Shown piece by piece: positions 1 through 9,871 of a stretch of 64,000 nucleotides of DNA (within the stretch, counting starts at the first letter, position 1; each line of letters opens with the position of its first letter). The DNA is from an uncultured Gammaproteobacteria bacterium (GTDB lineage Bacteria > Patescibacteriota > Patescibacteriia > UBA9934 > GWF2-40-263). Both the position numbers and the translations under genes were made by a program. Location: positions 27,612 through 91,611 of the forward strand of contig CAYOCD010000002.1 in the NCBI GenBank assembly GCA_964402425.1, in the 5' to 3' direction. The notes under the pieces were generated by a model, which had not been told where the DNA came from, did not search any database, and saw only the letters and a program-made list of their open reading frames with translations.

Positions 1-214
1 TACAGGTGATTCCAACGCTCGAAATTCCTGTCAAAGCTTTGGTGATGATCGGGAGACGATGATTGATTTGATTCACCTCCCGGGAAAATACGTATTTTCC
101 TTGTTTGGTCATCTGAAACAGTGGGTCGAGAGTTTGTAGAATGTCCTCAGCGTGTGAGCGAGGAAGATGTTCATTGAGAAATGCACGCAAGCGGCCTGGC
201 ATGATTTCTGACAT
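1..214 (-). CDS. hypothetical protein, partial (continues off the left edge)
   Basis: Hand-translated from ATG at 214 with AGGAG SD upstream: MSEIMPGRLRAFLNEHLPRSHAEDILQ..., open to position 1. Confidence 0.6.
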   Translation of the reverse strand, partial: MSEIMPGRLRAFLNEHLPRSHAEDILQTLDPLFQMTKQGKYVFSREVNQINHRLPIITKALTGISSVGITC

Positions 215-392
215 GCGCAACTCCTAATGTGCGCGAAAGCGCGTGTTGGTTGGAACCGTTTTTTGCATTCGCAGGAGAGAGAATACAAGCCTCTTTTGTT
301 TAAGGCATATCGTTTGTACGGGAAAATGGGTGTATTGTCAATCGTGTAGGTTCACGTTATGCTTTGCGTGTTATTTCACAAAAGGATTTCTT

Positions 393-986
393 ATGCGCCT
401 TATCTTTGCGACACATAACCCGGGAAAGCTTGCAGAAATGAAATCGATTTTCGCGGGACTTCCATTTGAGATTGAATCTGCTCATGAAGCAGGTGTTTTG
501 GATGAAGTTGTGGAAGATGGTCTTACTTTTGCAGACAATGCACACAAAAAAGCATTTGAAGTCTGTGAGGCAACAAACGTTCTTTCTCTTGCGGATGATT
601 CCGGAATTTGTATCGATGCCCTGAGCGGCGCACCAGGCGTGTTTACCGCACGCTGGGCCGGTGAGGGTGCCTCAGACGAACAACTTGTTCAGCACACACT
701 TGAACAAATGTCTGGAAAGATAGATCGAAAAGCTTCGTTTGTTTGTGTCGCCGCGCTCGTAGCTCCGGATGGCCGAACGTGGACATTTGAGGGGCGTGTC
801 GATGGGACACTCACTACGGAATCCCACGGAATCGCACGAGCAAAATTGCCGTATGACGCCATCTTTATTCCGGAAGGCGAAACGCGAACATTCGCAGAAA
901 TGCCAGAAGAGGAAAAACACGCCATGAGCCATCGCGGTCGCGCTATGCGAAACGTTCGCGCGTTCCTTGAAACCAATCAAATCTAA
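393..986 (+). CDS. rdgB: non-canonical purine NTP pyrophosphatase (RdgB/Ham1 family)
   Basis: ATHNPGKLAE, ADDSG and C-terminal SHRGRA motifs; start moved to ATG 393. Confidence 0.93.
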   Translation: MRLIFATHNPGKLAEMKSIFAGLPFEIESAHEAGVLDEVVEDGLTFADNAHKKAFEVCEATNVLSLADDSGICIDALSGAPGVFTARWAGEGASDEQLVQHTLEQMSGKIDRKASFVCVAALVAPDGRTWTFEGRVDGTLTTESHGIARAKLPYDAIFIPEGETRTFAEMPEEEKHAMSHRGRAMRNVRAFLETNQI

Positions 987-1012
987 AACCGAGCACAAGG
1001 CTCGGTTTTTTT
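985..1012. terminator. bidirectional intrinsic terminator between rdgB and glyA
   Basis: AAAACCGAGC-acaag-GCTCGGTTTTTTT between convergent genes. Confidence 0.8.
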
Positions 1013-1023
1013 GTTTACCAGAT

Positions 1024-2268
1024 TTATGTGTATTTGAGTTCAGGGTACAGAGGAAAACGTTTTGTGAGTTCTTTAATTTTTGCTCGGAGACCATCAAGAT
1101 ATTCTGCGTTTTCACGATGGGTGATTGCCTCATCTATCAACGCTGCGATTTGTTTCATTTCTTCTTCTTTCATTCCTCGTGTTGTGATTGCAGGAGTTCC
1201 GAGTCGAATTCCTGATGGGTCGAATGGGGAACGAGGGTCGTCCGGAATCATGTTTTTGTTGACGGTGATTCCGACCATGTCGAGAGCTTTCTCTGCCTCA
1301 CCTCCAGTGACACCCTTCGAAGAGACGTCGATCAGTAATAAATGATTATCTGTTCCACCGAACATAAGGCGATATCCTTTTGAACGTAATTCTTGCTCAA
1401 GAATTTTTGCGTTTAAGCGAATTTGTTTTGCGTACGTTTTGAATTCGGGTTGAAGGGCTTCAAGAAGCGCTACGGCTTTTGCTGCGATGACGTTCTCATG
1501 TGGACCACCTTGCAAACCAGGGAACACAGCCTTGTCGATTGCTTTTGCATGGATTGCTTTACACATGATCATGCCACCGCGTGGACCTCGCAAGGTTTTG
1601 TGTGTAGTGGTTGTGACGATGTCAAAAAGGGGAACGGGATTGTTCATTTCGCCGCCTGCGATGAGTCCTGCGATATGAGCGATGTCTGCCATGGTGAGTG
1701 CACCGACTTCATCTGCGATTGTTTTGATGCGCGCGTAATCGATCTCTCTTGAATAGGCAGAATACCCAACCAAGATGAGTTTGGGTTTGTACTCGCGCGC
1801 CATGCGTTCGATTTCTTCGTAATCGATCAGGCCTTCTGTTGTTGTTTTGTAACGAATGAAGTTGTAAATCTTTGCAGAAAATGTAACAGGATGTCCGTGT
1901 GTTAAGTGTCCTCCATGCGAGAGATCCATTCCGAGAACCGTGTCACCCGGTGAGAGAACGGCCGAATACGCCGCAAGGTTTGCGGGGGCTCCTGAAAGTG
2001 GCTGGACGTTTACATGCTCAGCACCAAACAATTGTTTTGCGCGATCGATTGCGAGTTGCTCGATTACATCAATTTCCTGACATCCGCCGTAATAGCGTTT
2101 ACCTGGCAATCCTTCTGCATATTTGTTTGTGGCAATTGAACCAAGTGCCTCCAAAACAGCACGGGACACAAAGTTTTCTGAAGGAATCATCTCAAGTCCT
2201 TCTTCTTCACGGTAAAGTTCTTTTTGTAGGGCGTGCGCGACCTCAGGGTCTTGTTTTGCTATAAACAT
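1024..2268 (-). CDS. glyA: serine hydroxymethyltransferase
   Basis: [25 protein letters not shown] and PLP-lysine motif [14 protein letters not shown]; start set at ATG 2268. Confidence 0.97.
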   Translation of the reverse strand: MFIAKQDPEVAHALQKELYREEEGLEMIPSENFVSRAVLEALGSIATNKYAEGLPGKRYYGGCQEIDVIEQLAIDRAKQLFGAEHVNVQPLSGAPANLAAYSAVLSPGDTVLGMDLSHGGHLTHGHPVTFSAKIYNFIRYKTTTEGLIDYEEIERMAREYKPKLILVGYSAYSREIDYARIKTIADEVGALTMADIAHIAGLIAGGEMNNPVPLFDIVTTTTHKTLRGPRGGMIMCKAIHAKAIDKAVFPGLQGGPHENVIAAKAVALLEALQPEFKTYAKQIRLNAKILEQELRSKGYRLMFGGTDNHLLLIDVSSKGVTGGEAEKALDMVGITVNKNMIPDDPRSPFDPSGIRLGTPAITTRGMKEEEMKQIAALIDEAITHRENAEYLDGLRAKIKELTKRFPLYPELKYT

Positions 2269-2422
2269 AGGAGAAAAATGAGTCAGAAAAAAAAGACAAA
2301 GGAAAGCATATTTTGCGTTTGCATTGTACGTGACGGGGAATCGATTGACAAACATCCGATTAATCGATAGGTTGAAGTATCATTCAAAACATTTTGGGTG
2401 ATATTAAAGTGGTAGGTGGCAC

Positions 2423-3142
2423 ATGAAAAACAGCTTTTCACACCGAAGAATTCAAGGCGAATTTTTTCGTGGAACGGTAGAGACTCTCACGCGCATTCCA
2501 ATGCGCACGAAAGCCGAACACGTTCCAGAGCTCTTTGCTGCGAGTGATCGGACTTCTTTGTCTGATAAAAGTCGATCAGGAAAAGTGGAGGAAGTAAATC
2601 CTTCCTGCGGTGAAAAAGCTAGAAAAGAACGACTTTCCGTTTTTGGAAAGAATCAAACGATTCAGAAGACATGGCTCGCCCCAAACGGATTTTCTCTTGC
2701 GCAACTTATCTGGTGCGCAGATCGCAGAATCTGGCTTGTGGTTGTTCGCGGTCGTGTTGTTTTCGAGAGTGAATCATGTCTCTTTGAGAATGATATCGTA
2801 TGGTCGGAAAATAGCACGTACTTTGGCATTCACATCCACACGAACGACGATCTCTATCAGGGTGCATACATTCTGATCTCGGATGGGATCAAAACGGAAA
2901 CGTGCGAAATACCCAAAGGGATGTTCCTACGTGAATTCCTTATTGATTGTCATGGGGAACTAGCTGCGTGGATTTTGGATGACGGTGAGCAATGCTCCCC
3001 CCAAATTTACGAACGTCGTTTCGAAAATTTTTCCATGGCATGGGATCTTCAATGGTCACGTTTTGGAAGCGTTTCATTCAAAGCCGTAGACGGCAATGAA
3101 GTTCTTTCCATCACAGACGAAACAGAAGTTGTCTCTCACTAG
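2423..3142 (+). CDS. hypothetical protein (beta-rich, possibly a degenerate propeller)
   Basis: 239-aa ORF filling the glyA-murC gap, AGGTGG SD-like site; no family recognised. Confidence 0.6.
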   Translation: MKNSFSHRRIQGEFFRGTVETLTRIPMRTKAEHVPELFAASDRTSLSDKSRSGKVEEVNPSCGEKARKERLSVFGKNQTIQKTWLAPNGFSLAQLIWCADRRIWLVVVRGRVVFESESCLFENDIVWSENSTYFGIHIHTNDDLYQGAYILISDGIKTETCEIPKGMFLREFLIDCHGELAAWILDDGEQCSPQIYERRFENFSMAWDLQWSRFGSVSFKAVDGNEVLSITDETEVVSH

Positions 3143-3238
3143 GGTTTCCCTGGTGTTTTTTTTATCACGTCGCTCGCGAGTGACGCGGTTTATTCTCCTC
3201 TGGTTTCTTTTAGGTTCTTTTGTTATCCTTTCCTTATT

Positions 3239-4597
3239 ATGTTGCTCGAAAAAAACTATTTTCATTTTGTTGGAATCGGCGGAATCGGCATGTCCGCCCT
3301 TGCCAAGTTTTTGGTATCGAAAGAAAAACACGTCACAGGGTCAGACGTCCATGATTCTGAGATGGTTCAAGACCTGAATAAAAAAGGTATTCAAGTAAAT
3401 ATCGGTCATGACACCTCGCATGTTCTCGATGGTGTCGAGGTTGTGATTTATTCGTCTGCTATTCCTTCTACCAATCCAGAAAGAATCACCGCTCGCGAAC
3501 GAGGAATTCCTGAGGTTTCTTACGCCCAGTTCCTTGGCGAAGTTTCAAAGAATTTTTCAACGATTGTTGTAACAGGGACGCATGGTAAAAGTACAACAAC
3601 AGCACTGCTTGGACTTATGCTCGAGTCAGCTGGTTATGATCCAACTGTACTTGTCGGATCCTTTGTTCCAACATTTCCCGATAAGAACTTACGCATTGGC
3701 AAAGGCAGATTCTTTGTTGTTGAAGGATGTGAGTATCAAGCAAACATGTTGAACTTACACCCCGAGATGATTGTGCTTACAAACATTGAAGAAGACCACC
3801 TCGACTACTATCGTGACATCAATCACATCAGAGACACATTCCAAATTTTCGCTGATAAATTGATTGGCAAAGGAATGATGGTGATGAACGCAGATGATGC
3901 TGAATCCATGAAATTAAAGGTAGAGCGGCCTATTACGTATGGATACGAAAACAATGCGGACTATAACGCTTTAGATCGATTGACAGAAAAAGGTGAACAG
4001 ACGTTTTCGGTTCGACGAGAAGAGGTGATTGGTAGATTAAAGTTGATTATTCCTGGAACGCACAATGTCATGAACGCAATTGCGGCAACGGCGGCTGCAA
4101 TGGAACTTGGTGTTCCTTTCGAAACGTGTGCAAGAGTTCTTGAAACATTCCCAGGAATCTGGCGCAGGTTTGAACGTGTTGGAACATGGCGAGAAGCAGA
4201 CGTTATTTCAGACTATGGTCATCATCCAACCGCGGTGGAGAAAACTGTCAGCGCCGCACGCGAGTTTTTCCCAGGCCGAAGAATCGTGCTCTGTTTTCAG
4301 CCACACCAACACTCCCGAACGAAGTCGTTATTCGATGGATTCGTCCATGCACTTCAGCTTGCAGATGAAACAGTAGTCGCAGAAATCTATGACGTCGCCG
4401 GCAGAAACGAAGAACACGAAATGTCGTCAAGGCTGATTGTAGAGAAAATAAAAAAAGAAAACCCAGGAGCCCACGTCATGTTCTCGGCAAATTTTGACAC
4501 GGTAAGATCTGCTCTCGAGCAAGTTGTCCGATCGAATGATGTGTTGATAGTGATGGGAGCGGGGGATATTGATTGTATTGCGCGGGAGATTTGTTAA
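3239..4597 (+). CDS. murC: UDP-N-acetylmuramate--L-alanine ligase
   Basis: HFVGIGGIGMSALA, GTHGKSTTT, DYGHHPT, FQPHQHSRT. Confidence 0.96.
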   Translation: MLLEKNYFHFVGIGGIGMSALAKFLVSKEKHVTGSDVHDSEMVQDLNKKGIQVNIGHDTSHVLDGVEVVIYSSAIPSTNPERITARERGIPEVSYAQFLGEVSKNFSTIVVTGTHGKSTTTALLGLMLESAGYDPTVLVGSFVPTFPDKNLRIGKGRFFVVEGCEYQANMLNLHPEMIVLTNIEEDHLDYYRDINHIRDTFQIFADKLIGKGMMVMNADDAESMKLKVERPITYGYENNADYNALDRLTEKGEQTFSVRREEVIGRLKLIIPGTHNVMNAIAATAAAMELGVPFETCARVLETFPGIWRRFERVGTWREADVISDYGHHPTAVEKTVSAAREFFPGRRIVLCFQPHQHSRTKSLFDGFVHALQLADETVVAEIYDVAGRNEEHEMSSRLIVEKIKKENPGAHVMFSANFDTVRSALEQVVRSNDVLIVMGAGDIDCIAREIC

Positions 4598-4642
4598 AAA
4601 CTCTTTCGTTTTTCAGTGTTGTTTGTTTTGTCGTACCTCATT

Positions 4643-5629
4643 ATGTTTGACATTTTCGAAAAAAACGTGCATAAACTTCGGTCTGCTTTAAAATACGGCT
4701 GCAGACCCGCAGGAGAAAATACAGTGAACATTCCAGAACCTGTTTACGTACGTGATCTGTTTGGTGGTAAGGCTACCATCATTGTCTTTGGCGCTCCGTT
4801 CAACTGGAACTACGCCGGCGCGTCTCGTGAAGAGATGGAGATAAAGAATCCAGGCATTACGAGTGTGATCGAAGAAGTCGTGCGAAAGTACGGCATCAAG
4901 CGTGCGTTTGTGCCGAAGCCAGCGTTTAATGCGAAAGTTGTTAAAGATGCAGATCTTCCGAATGAACTACTCCCGAACTTTTTTCGTGGAGCAGATGCTG
5001 ATGGTGTGATTCTTAAAAAATCTGGTGATGCCTATTTTCTTGCTTCGGCGGATTGTTTGGGTGTTGCAATCTTCGACGATCGGACGAATTCACTTGCGGC
5101 ACTTCACTGCGGGCGTGATGCCGTCATTGATCGTAAACGTATTCTTGAGGGAGACGATGCGCGTCGAAAGGATTTTTCCGTGATCAATGCTGCGATAGGC
5201 GAACTTGATGTGTTGGCAGAACATAAGACTTCCGCTGATCGTCACAGTCTTGCAAATCTTGGCTTTGCGTCTGGTCCTCAGGACGAGGTTCCTCTCTGTG
5301 AGATTCACGATTCTATTCAGGTGTATCTTGCTGCTGGCATTCGGCCTGAGACATTTGATCATCCGACAATGGATCATCTGTATGCTTCTGCGAACAAGAC
5401 CATGATTGATCATCTGGTCGCACTTCCGGACGTAGTGACAAATCCGCAGTCAGGAACCATTGATCTGTTCGCTCTTGTTCGTCACCAACTTGGTGCGTAT
5501 AGGGTTAAGAACATTCAGGAAGACGAATTCGACACCGCAACATCGAAAGATACGGACGGGAATCTCTTGTTTCACTCGAATCGTCGTGACAAAGTGAAGC
5601 GAAACCTCGTTATCATCAAGCTCAACTAA
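4643..5629 (+). CDS. divergent YfiH/PgeF (laccase-domain / purine nucleoside phosphorylase-like) family protein
   Basis: ADADG, SADCL, AALHCGR and C-terminal FHSNRRD match the ADC / AHAGW / FYSYRR motifs of YfiH. Confidence 0.7.
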   Translation: MFDIFEKNVHKLRSALKYGCRPAGENTVNIPEPVYVRDLFGGKATIIVFGAPFNWNYAGASREEMEIKNPGITSVIEEVVRKYGIKRAFVPKPAFNAKVVKDADLPNELLPNFFRGADADGVILKKSGDAYFLASADCLGVAIFDDRTNSLAALHCGRDAVIDRKRILEGDDARRKDFSVINAAIGELDVLAEHKTSADRHSLANLGFASGPQDEVPLCEIHDSIQVYLAAGIRPETFDHPTMDHLYASANKTMIDHLVALPDVVTNPQSGTIDLFALVRHQLGAYRVKNIQEDEFDTATSKDTDGNLLFHSNRRDKVKRNLVIIKLN

Positions 5630-5631
5630 TC

Positions 5632-5652
5632 GACCCAAAGTGGGTCTTTTTT
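5632..5652 (+). terminator. intrinsic terminator
   Basis: GACCCA-aag-TGGGTC followed by T6. Confidence 0.65.
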
Positions 5653-5800
5653 GTTTGTAAAGCATAATCCCTCATGGTCAGGTGAGGGGGGATGTGTATT
5701 GTATTGACGGATATGATTTTTTCTGCTAAAAAGATGAGCACACTTTTTTGTGCTCATTGCTCTGAAACATGGGGTTTTAGAGTGAGTAATGGAGGCAAAC

Positions 5801-7540
5801 GTGAATCTGTCCAATTGTTCTTTTGCGAGACATGGATTTTTTGCCATCTTGTTGTCCGCTTGTTCAGACGACACTCTGACACCAGATCCGACTCTTCACT
5901 CGACAATCGTTGATGGTCAAAAAATGGATTCAGGGTCAGAACAAGACATTACACCAGATGTAGATGTGCCAGACGCGTCTGAAGTCCAAGAGGTTGATCA
6001 GTCTGTTGATACGACGTCCGACGTTTTTGTCTGCAAAGACAATGCTTCGTGTGACACGAAAAATCCTTGCACACAAGATTGGTGTAATCTTGGGACGGGT
6101 GAGTGCCAATACACACCTCTTCCAGACAAGGTTTGTACGGACGGTGATGCGTGCACAGTGAATGATATCTGTACTTCTTCCGGCCAGTGCATTGGCGCAA
6201 AGCAGGTGGTGTGTAATGACAACAGTCCTTGCACAAAAGATTCTTGCAAACAGTTGTCTGGCTGCGATTATGAAGCCGTAGACGCGATTTGTTCGGATGG
6301 AGATGTGTGTACCAAGAATGATTCTTGTGTGGCGGGTCTCTGTCTTGGGACGAAATTTGTCTGTGATGATGGTCTTGATTGCACGGAAGATTCTTGCGAC
6401 AAGAACTTGGGTTGTTCAACAGTGAAGCTGAACAATTTACCTTGCAATGACAACTCTGCCTGCACGATCAATGATCTGTGTGATAAGGGATTTTGCAAAG
6501 GAGCGAGCATTAATTGCTCGGACGCAAATCCTTGCACGCAAGATGTGTGTGATAAGGTTTCGGGATGTTTTTCAGCACCCACCTCAAACGGTTCCAAGTG
6601 TACTGACGGAAACGCCTGCACGATCAATGACAATTGCAAGGATTCCGTATGTATCAGCGGTTCCCAAAAGAACTGTGATGACAGCAGTGTTTGTACAAAC
6701 GATTCGTGCGATGCAGCAACGGGGGAGTGTCTCCATATCGCGGTTGTTGGTGTGCACTATTGCGTTGATAACAACGCTTGCACATACGATGATACGTGCA
6801 AACTTGGTGTCTGCACGGGAAAGATTCTTCAGTGCTACGACGGTCTTGATTGCACGCAAGATTCTTGCGACAAAGGAACGGGATGTTCCTTCATGATTCA
6901 AGACAAGGCGCCTTGTAATGATGGGAACGCTTGTACAATTGGTGACACTTGTGCAAAAGATAAGTGTTTTGGAAATGTAAAAACCTGTGAAGACAACAAC
7001 GACTGTACGATCGATACGTGTGATCCGGCCGTTGGTACATGTAATTTCACAGCAAATGACGGCTATTATTGTAGTGATGTGAACGCCTGTACATCAGGTG
7101 ATGTCTGCAAAGGGACAAAATGTGTCGGTGTTACCATCATCTGCAACGATGGAAATCCTTGCACATCCGATAGTTGCAATCAAAAGACAGGCTGTGTTTT
7201 CTTGCCGACACCAAATGCGCCGTGTGATGATGCAAATCTTTGTTCGACAGACGACATCTGTCAGCAGACGGTATGCAAATCAAAACCGGTTGTGTGTGAT
7301 GATGGAAATACTTGTTCGACGGATACGTGCAATAAGTCGACAGGAAAGTGTGAATTCAAAATCTTTAATGACAGTTATTCCTGCAATGATGGGGATCTCT
7401 GTACAACCGCTGATGTGTGTCTATTCGGCGAGTGCAAGGGGTCGATTAATATGTGTAACGATAACAACCCCTGCACAATCGATGCGTGCAACCCGAAGGA
7501 TGGAAAGTGCGCAAACACAAAAGTCCCCAATTGCATCTGA
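5801..7540 (+). CDS. cysteine-rich repeat lipoprotein (Dictyostelium/myxobacterial-type CxDGNxCTxDxC repeats)
   Basis: GGAGG SD before GTG 5801; lipobox-like LLSA-C; about 19 four-Cys modules in alternating pairs. Confidence 0.85.
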   Translation: MNLSNCSFARHGFFAILLSACSDDTLTPDPTLHSTIVDGQKMDSGSEQDITPDVDVPDASEVQEVDQSVDTTSDVFVCKDNASCDTKNPCTQDWCNLGTGECQYTPLPDKVCTDGDACTVNDICTSSGQCIGAKQVVCNDNSPCTKDSCKQLSGCDYEAVDAICSDGDVCTKNDSCVAGLCLGTKFVCDDGLDCTEDSCDKNLGCSTVKLNNLPCNDNSACTINDLCDKGFCKGASINCSDANPCTQDVCDKVSGCFSAPTSNGSKCTDGNACTINDNCKDSVCISGSQKNCDDSSVCTNDSCDAATGECLHIAVVGVHYCVDNNACTYDDTCKLGVCTGKILQCYDGLDCTQDSCDKGTGCSFMIQDKAPCNDGNACTIGDTCAKDKCFGNVKTCEDNNDCTIDTCDPAVGTCNFTANDGYYCSDVNACTSGDVCKGTKCVGVTIICNDGNPCTSDSCNQKTGCVFLPTPNAPCDDANLCSTDDICQQTVCKSKPVVCDDGNTCSTDTCNKSTGKCEFKIFNDSYSCNDGDLCTTADVCLFGECKGSINMCNDNNPCTIDACNPKDGKCANTKVPNCI

Positions 7541-7552
7541 ACGTCTTCTTTT

Positions 7553-7576
7553 CCTCTCTTCTTGAGAGGTTTTTTT
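7553..7576 (+). terminator. intrinsic terminator
   Basis: CCTCTC-ttctt-GAGAGG followed by T7. Confidence 0.7.
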
Positions 7577-7682
7577 ATCTAAATATATTGACAGATCGTA
7601 AAAAGATTGCTATAAACAGGGGCACATCATTTTTGTGCTCAGCCCTTCAAGACACTGTTTTGAAGGTACATAAGGGGGATTC

Positions 7683-9293
7683 ATGAACGCTCTTTCCAAT
7701 CGGTTGCACGGTTCCATTATTTTTCTTGCGTTCGTTGCCGTCGCTTGTTCTCCCGAGTCTCTTGTGGAATCGACACAAGATGCTGTTGCGATGGATGAAA
7801 TGATTACAGAATCTGATGCCTTTCCTTCTGTAGACTCAGAAACATCTTTTGAAATTTCGGACACAGGATCCAGTCCAGGTGAATTTGGTTATCCCTGTGT
7901 TTCAAATGCGGATTGTAATGTTGGATATTGCACAGAAACAAGCAAAGGAAATATCTGTTCGAAAGCTTGTGTTACGGAATGTCCAGAAGATTTTGTTTGT
8001 ACAGGAGTTTCGGCGGGCGGATCCGATATCATGTTTGTCTGTCTTTCAAAGTTTGTTCGGATCTGTGATCCGTGTCACGAACACAAAGATTGCAACACAA
8101 ATGACAAGATCGGGAATCTTTGTCTGGGTGTTGGTGGAGGTGGTCGATTTTGCGGGGTGCAATGTAATCCCGCAAACGATGATAAAGATTGTCCGACCAG
8201 CTTCACGTGCAAGTTTGTGACGGATGGAAAAACGGGATTGTCTGGCAATCAATGTGTGCCATCAAAAAACGCAACATGCAGCTGCTCAACGCGTGCAATT
8301 CAACTCGCGCTTTCAACAGACTGCGAAAATAAGAATGTTTTTGGTGCTTGTTATGGACAACGCGTTTGCAAACCTGAAGGACTCACAAATTGCATAGGAC
8401 AAATTCCAGAGTCAGAAAGCTGTAATAAGCTTGATGACAACTGTGACGGGGAAATCGATAACATCGATCCGAAATCGGTTGGAGGAACCTGTCAGCAGTC
8501 CAATGAATTTGGAACATGCTTTGGTGTCATTAGTGGGTGTGACAAAGGGAATCCCATCTGTAACGCATCTGTGCCGCAACCGGAAGCTTGTAACGGTAAG
8601 GATGATGATTGTGATGGTAAAACAGATGAGGGGTTGTGCGATGACGGAAATGTTTGCACAACAGATCTCTGTAATACGGACGGCTCCTGCAAGCACATAA
8701 AAATTTCAGGAACGGCTTGTGATGACGGAAATGTTTGCACAACGTTTGAACAATGTTCATCTGGTGTTTGCATGGGTGGAACGGTGTTAAATTGTGATGA
8801 CGCCGATAGCTGCTCTGTAGATTGGTGTGATCCGTTCACAGGATGCAATCATAAACCAGCTTCAGACGTAGGATGTCTTGATGACGGCAATGTCTGTACC
8901 CAAGACGTGTGTTTGAATGGGAAATGCACACATCCGAAAGCAAAAGATGGTGGCAGCTGTCTTGATGAGGGGAACGTCTGTACAACAGATGTTTGTGACA
9001 ACGGTGAGTGTTCGCATATTTCAAATTCAAAGCCGTGTGACGACGGAAATCAATGTACGCTAAACGACTCTTGTAAAGACAAAGCATGCATCATCTCTCT
9101 GCCGAAAGTTTGCAATGATGGTAATGCCTGCACGGTTGATAGTTGCGAATCGGCAAAAGGGTGTCTCTTTAAACCAAACCCATTCTCGAGTGATGGTACG
9201 GGTGTTCCATGTCCTGACGACGGAAACGCTTGTACAGAGGATTTGTGCAAAGGCTCCATTTGCGCACATCTTCCAATTCCGGGATGTAACTAA
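7683..9293 (+). CDS. cysteine-rich lipoprotein with ExCNxxDDxCDGxxD (MopE-related putative metal-binding) motifs and CDDGNxCT repeats
   Basis: AAGGGGG SD; lipobox-like VAVA-C; ESCNKLDDNCDGEID and EACNGKDDDCDGKTDE followed by repeated CDDGNVCTTDxC. Confidence 0.85.
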   Translation: MNALSNRLHGSIIFLAFVAVACSPESLVESTQDAVAMDEMITESDAFPSVDSETSFEISDTGSSPGEFGYPCVSNADCNVGYCTETSKGNICSKACVTECPEDFVCTGVSAGGSDIMFVCLSKFVRICDPCHEHKDCNTNDKIGNLCLGVGGGGRFCGVQCNPANDDKDCPTSFTCKFVTDGKTGLSGNQCVPSKNATCSCSTRAIQLALSTDCENKNVFGACYGQRVCKPEGLTNCIGQIPESESCNKLDDNCDGEIDNIDPKSVGGTCQQSNEFGTCFGVISGCDKGNPICNASVPQPEACNGKDDDCDGKTDEGLCDDGNVCTTDLCNTDGSCKHIKISGTACDDGNVCTTFEQCSSGVCMGGTVLNCDDADSCSVDWCDPFTGCNHKPASDVGCLDDGNVCTQDVCLNGKCTHPKAKDGGSCLDEGNVCTTDVCDNGECSHISNSKPCDDGNQCTLNDSCKDKACIISLPKVCNDGNACTVDSCESAKGCLFKPNPFSSDGTGVPCPDDGNACTEDLCKGSICAHLPIPGCN

Positions 9294-9421
9294 ACTTAAC
9301 CATCTGATGCATATGCTAGGGTGGTCTTTTTTTTGTTAGATTGACGCTCCGTCACTCATTTGTTATCTTCGTCTTTCATTCACGAGTCATTTGTGGTTGA
9401 AGTTCATTTGAAGGAGGGGTC

Positions 9422-9796
9422 ATGCCAGACCACAGTTTTTTCCAAAACATGCATCGGTATTTTACGCGTGTGGATAGCGCCGTTGACGGGGCATACTATC
9501 TAACAAGTGATGGAAATACCCCTATTGAGGGTATGTTCATTGTGTATCAAAAGCATGTGTTTGAAATTGTCTTTGATATGAACGTGTGGCAAACAAAGAA
9601 AGGTGTTTCGTTCACAAAACTAGAATATATTCAATCTGTTGGGTTGATTCTTCTTGATCCTTCTGTGTCTCAATATATAGAAGGTTTACCAGATCTTTGT
9701 TTGAAACGTCTCCAACCAAAAGTTGGGTCCGAACTCGTTCTTCCCGAAAGGATTGTGCTGAAATATGATCCTTGGGTAACAGCTTCTTGGCCGTAA
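9422..9796 (+). CDS. hypothetical protein
   Basis: AAGGAGG SD, upstream TTGACG..TATCTT promoter and downstream terminator. Confidence 0.65.
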   Translation: MPDHSFFQNMHRYFTRVDSAVDGAYYLTSDGNTPIEGMFIVYQKHVFEIVFDMNVWQTKKGVSFTKLEYIQSVGLILLDPSVSQYIEGLPDLCLKRLQPKVGSELVLPERIVLKYDPWVTASWP

Positions 9797-9804
9797 TTCA
9801 TTCT

Positions 9805-9832
9805 AACTGAGTCTTTCTGACTCAGTTTTTTT
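9805..9832 (+). terminator. intrinsic terminator
   Basis: AACTGAGTC-tttct-GACTCAGTT plus T-run. Confidence 0.8.
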
Positions 9833-9871
9833 ATTTCCCTAGTTTTCATAAAATGCTATGATTTCTTTACT

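Noticed and set aside
5949-9269. Many alternate-frame and antisense ORFs over the Cys-rich genes
   Set aside because: Shadows of repetitive coding sequence; the same applies to the short antisense ORFs over core genes across the window.
5801-9293. Cys-rich proteins as multiheme cytochromes or eukaryotic contamination
   Set aside because: No repeated CxxCH pattern (only an isolated CDPCH); bacterial SD sites, lipoboxes and terminators, no introns, and continuous with bacterial flanks.
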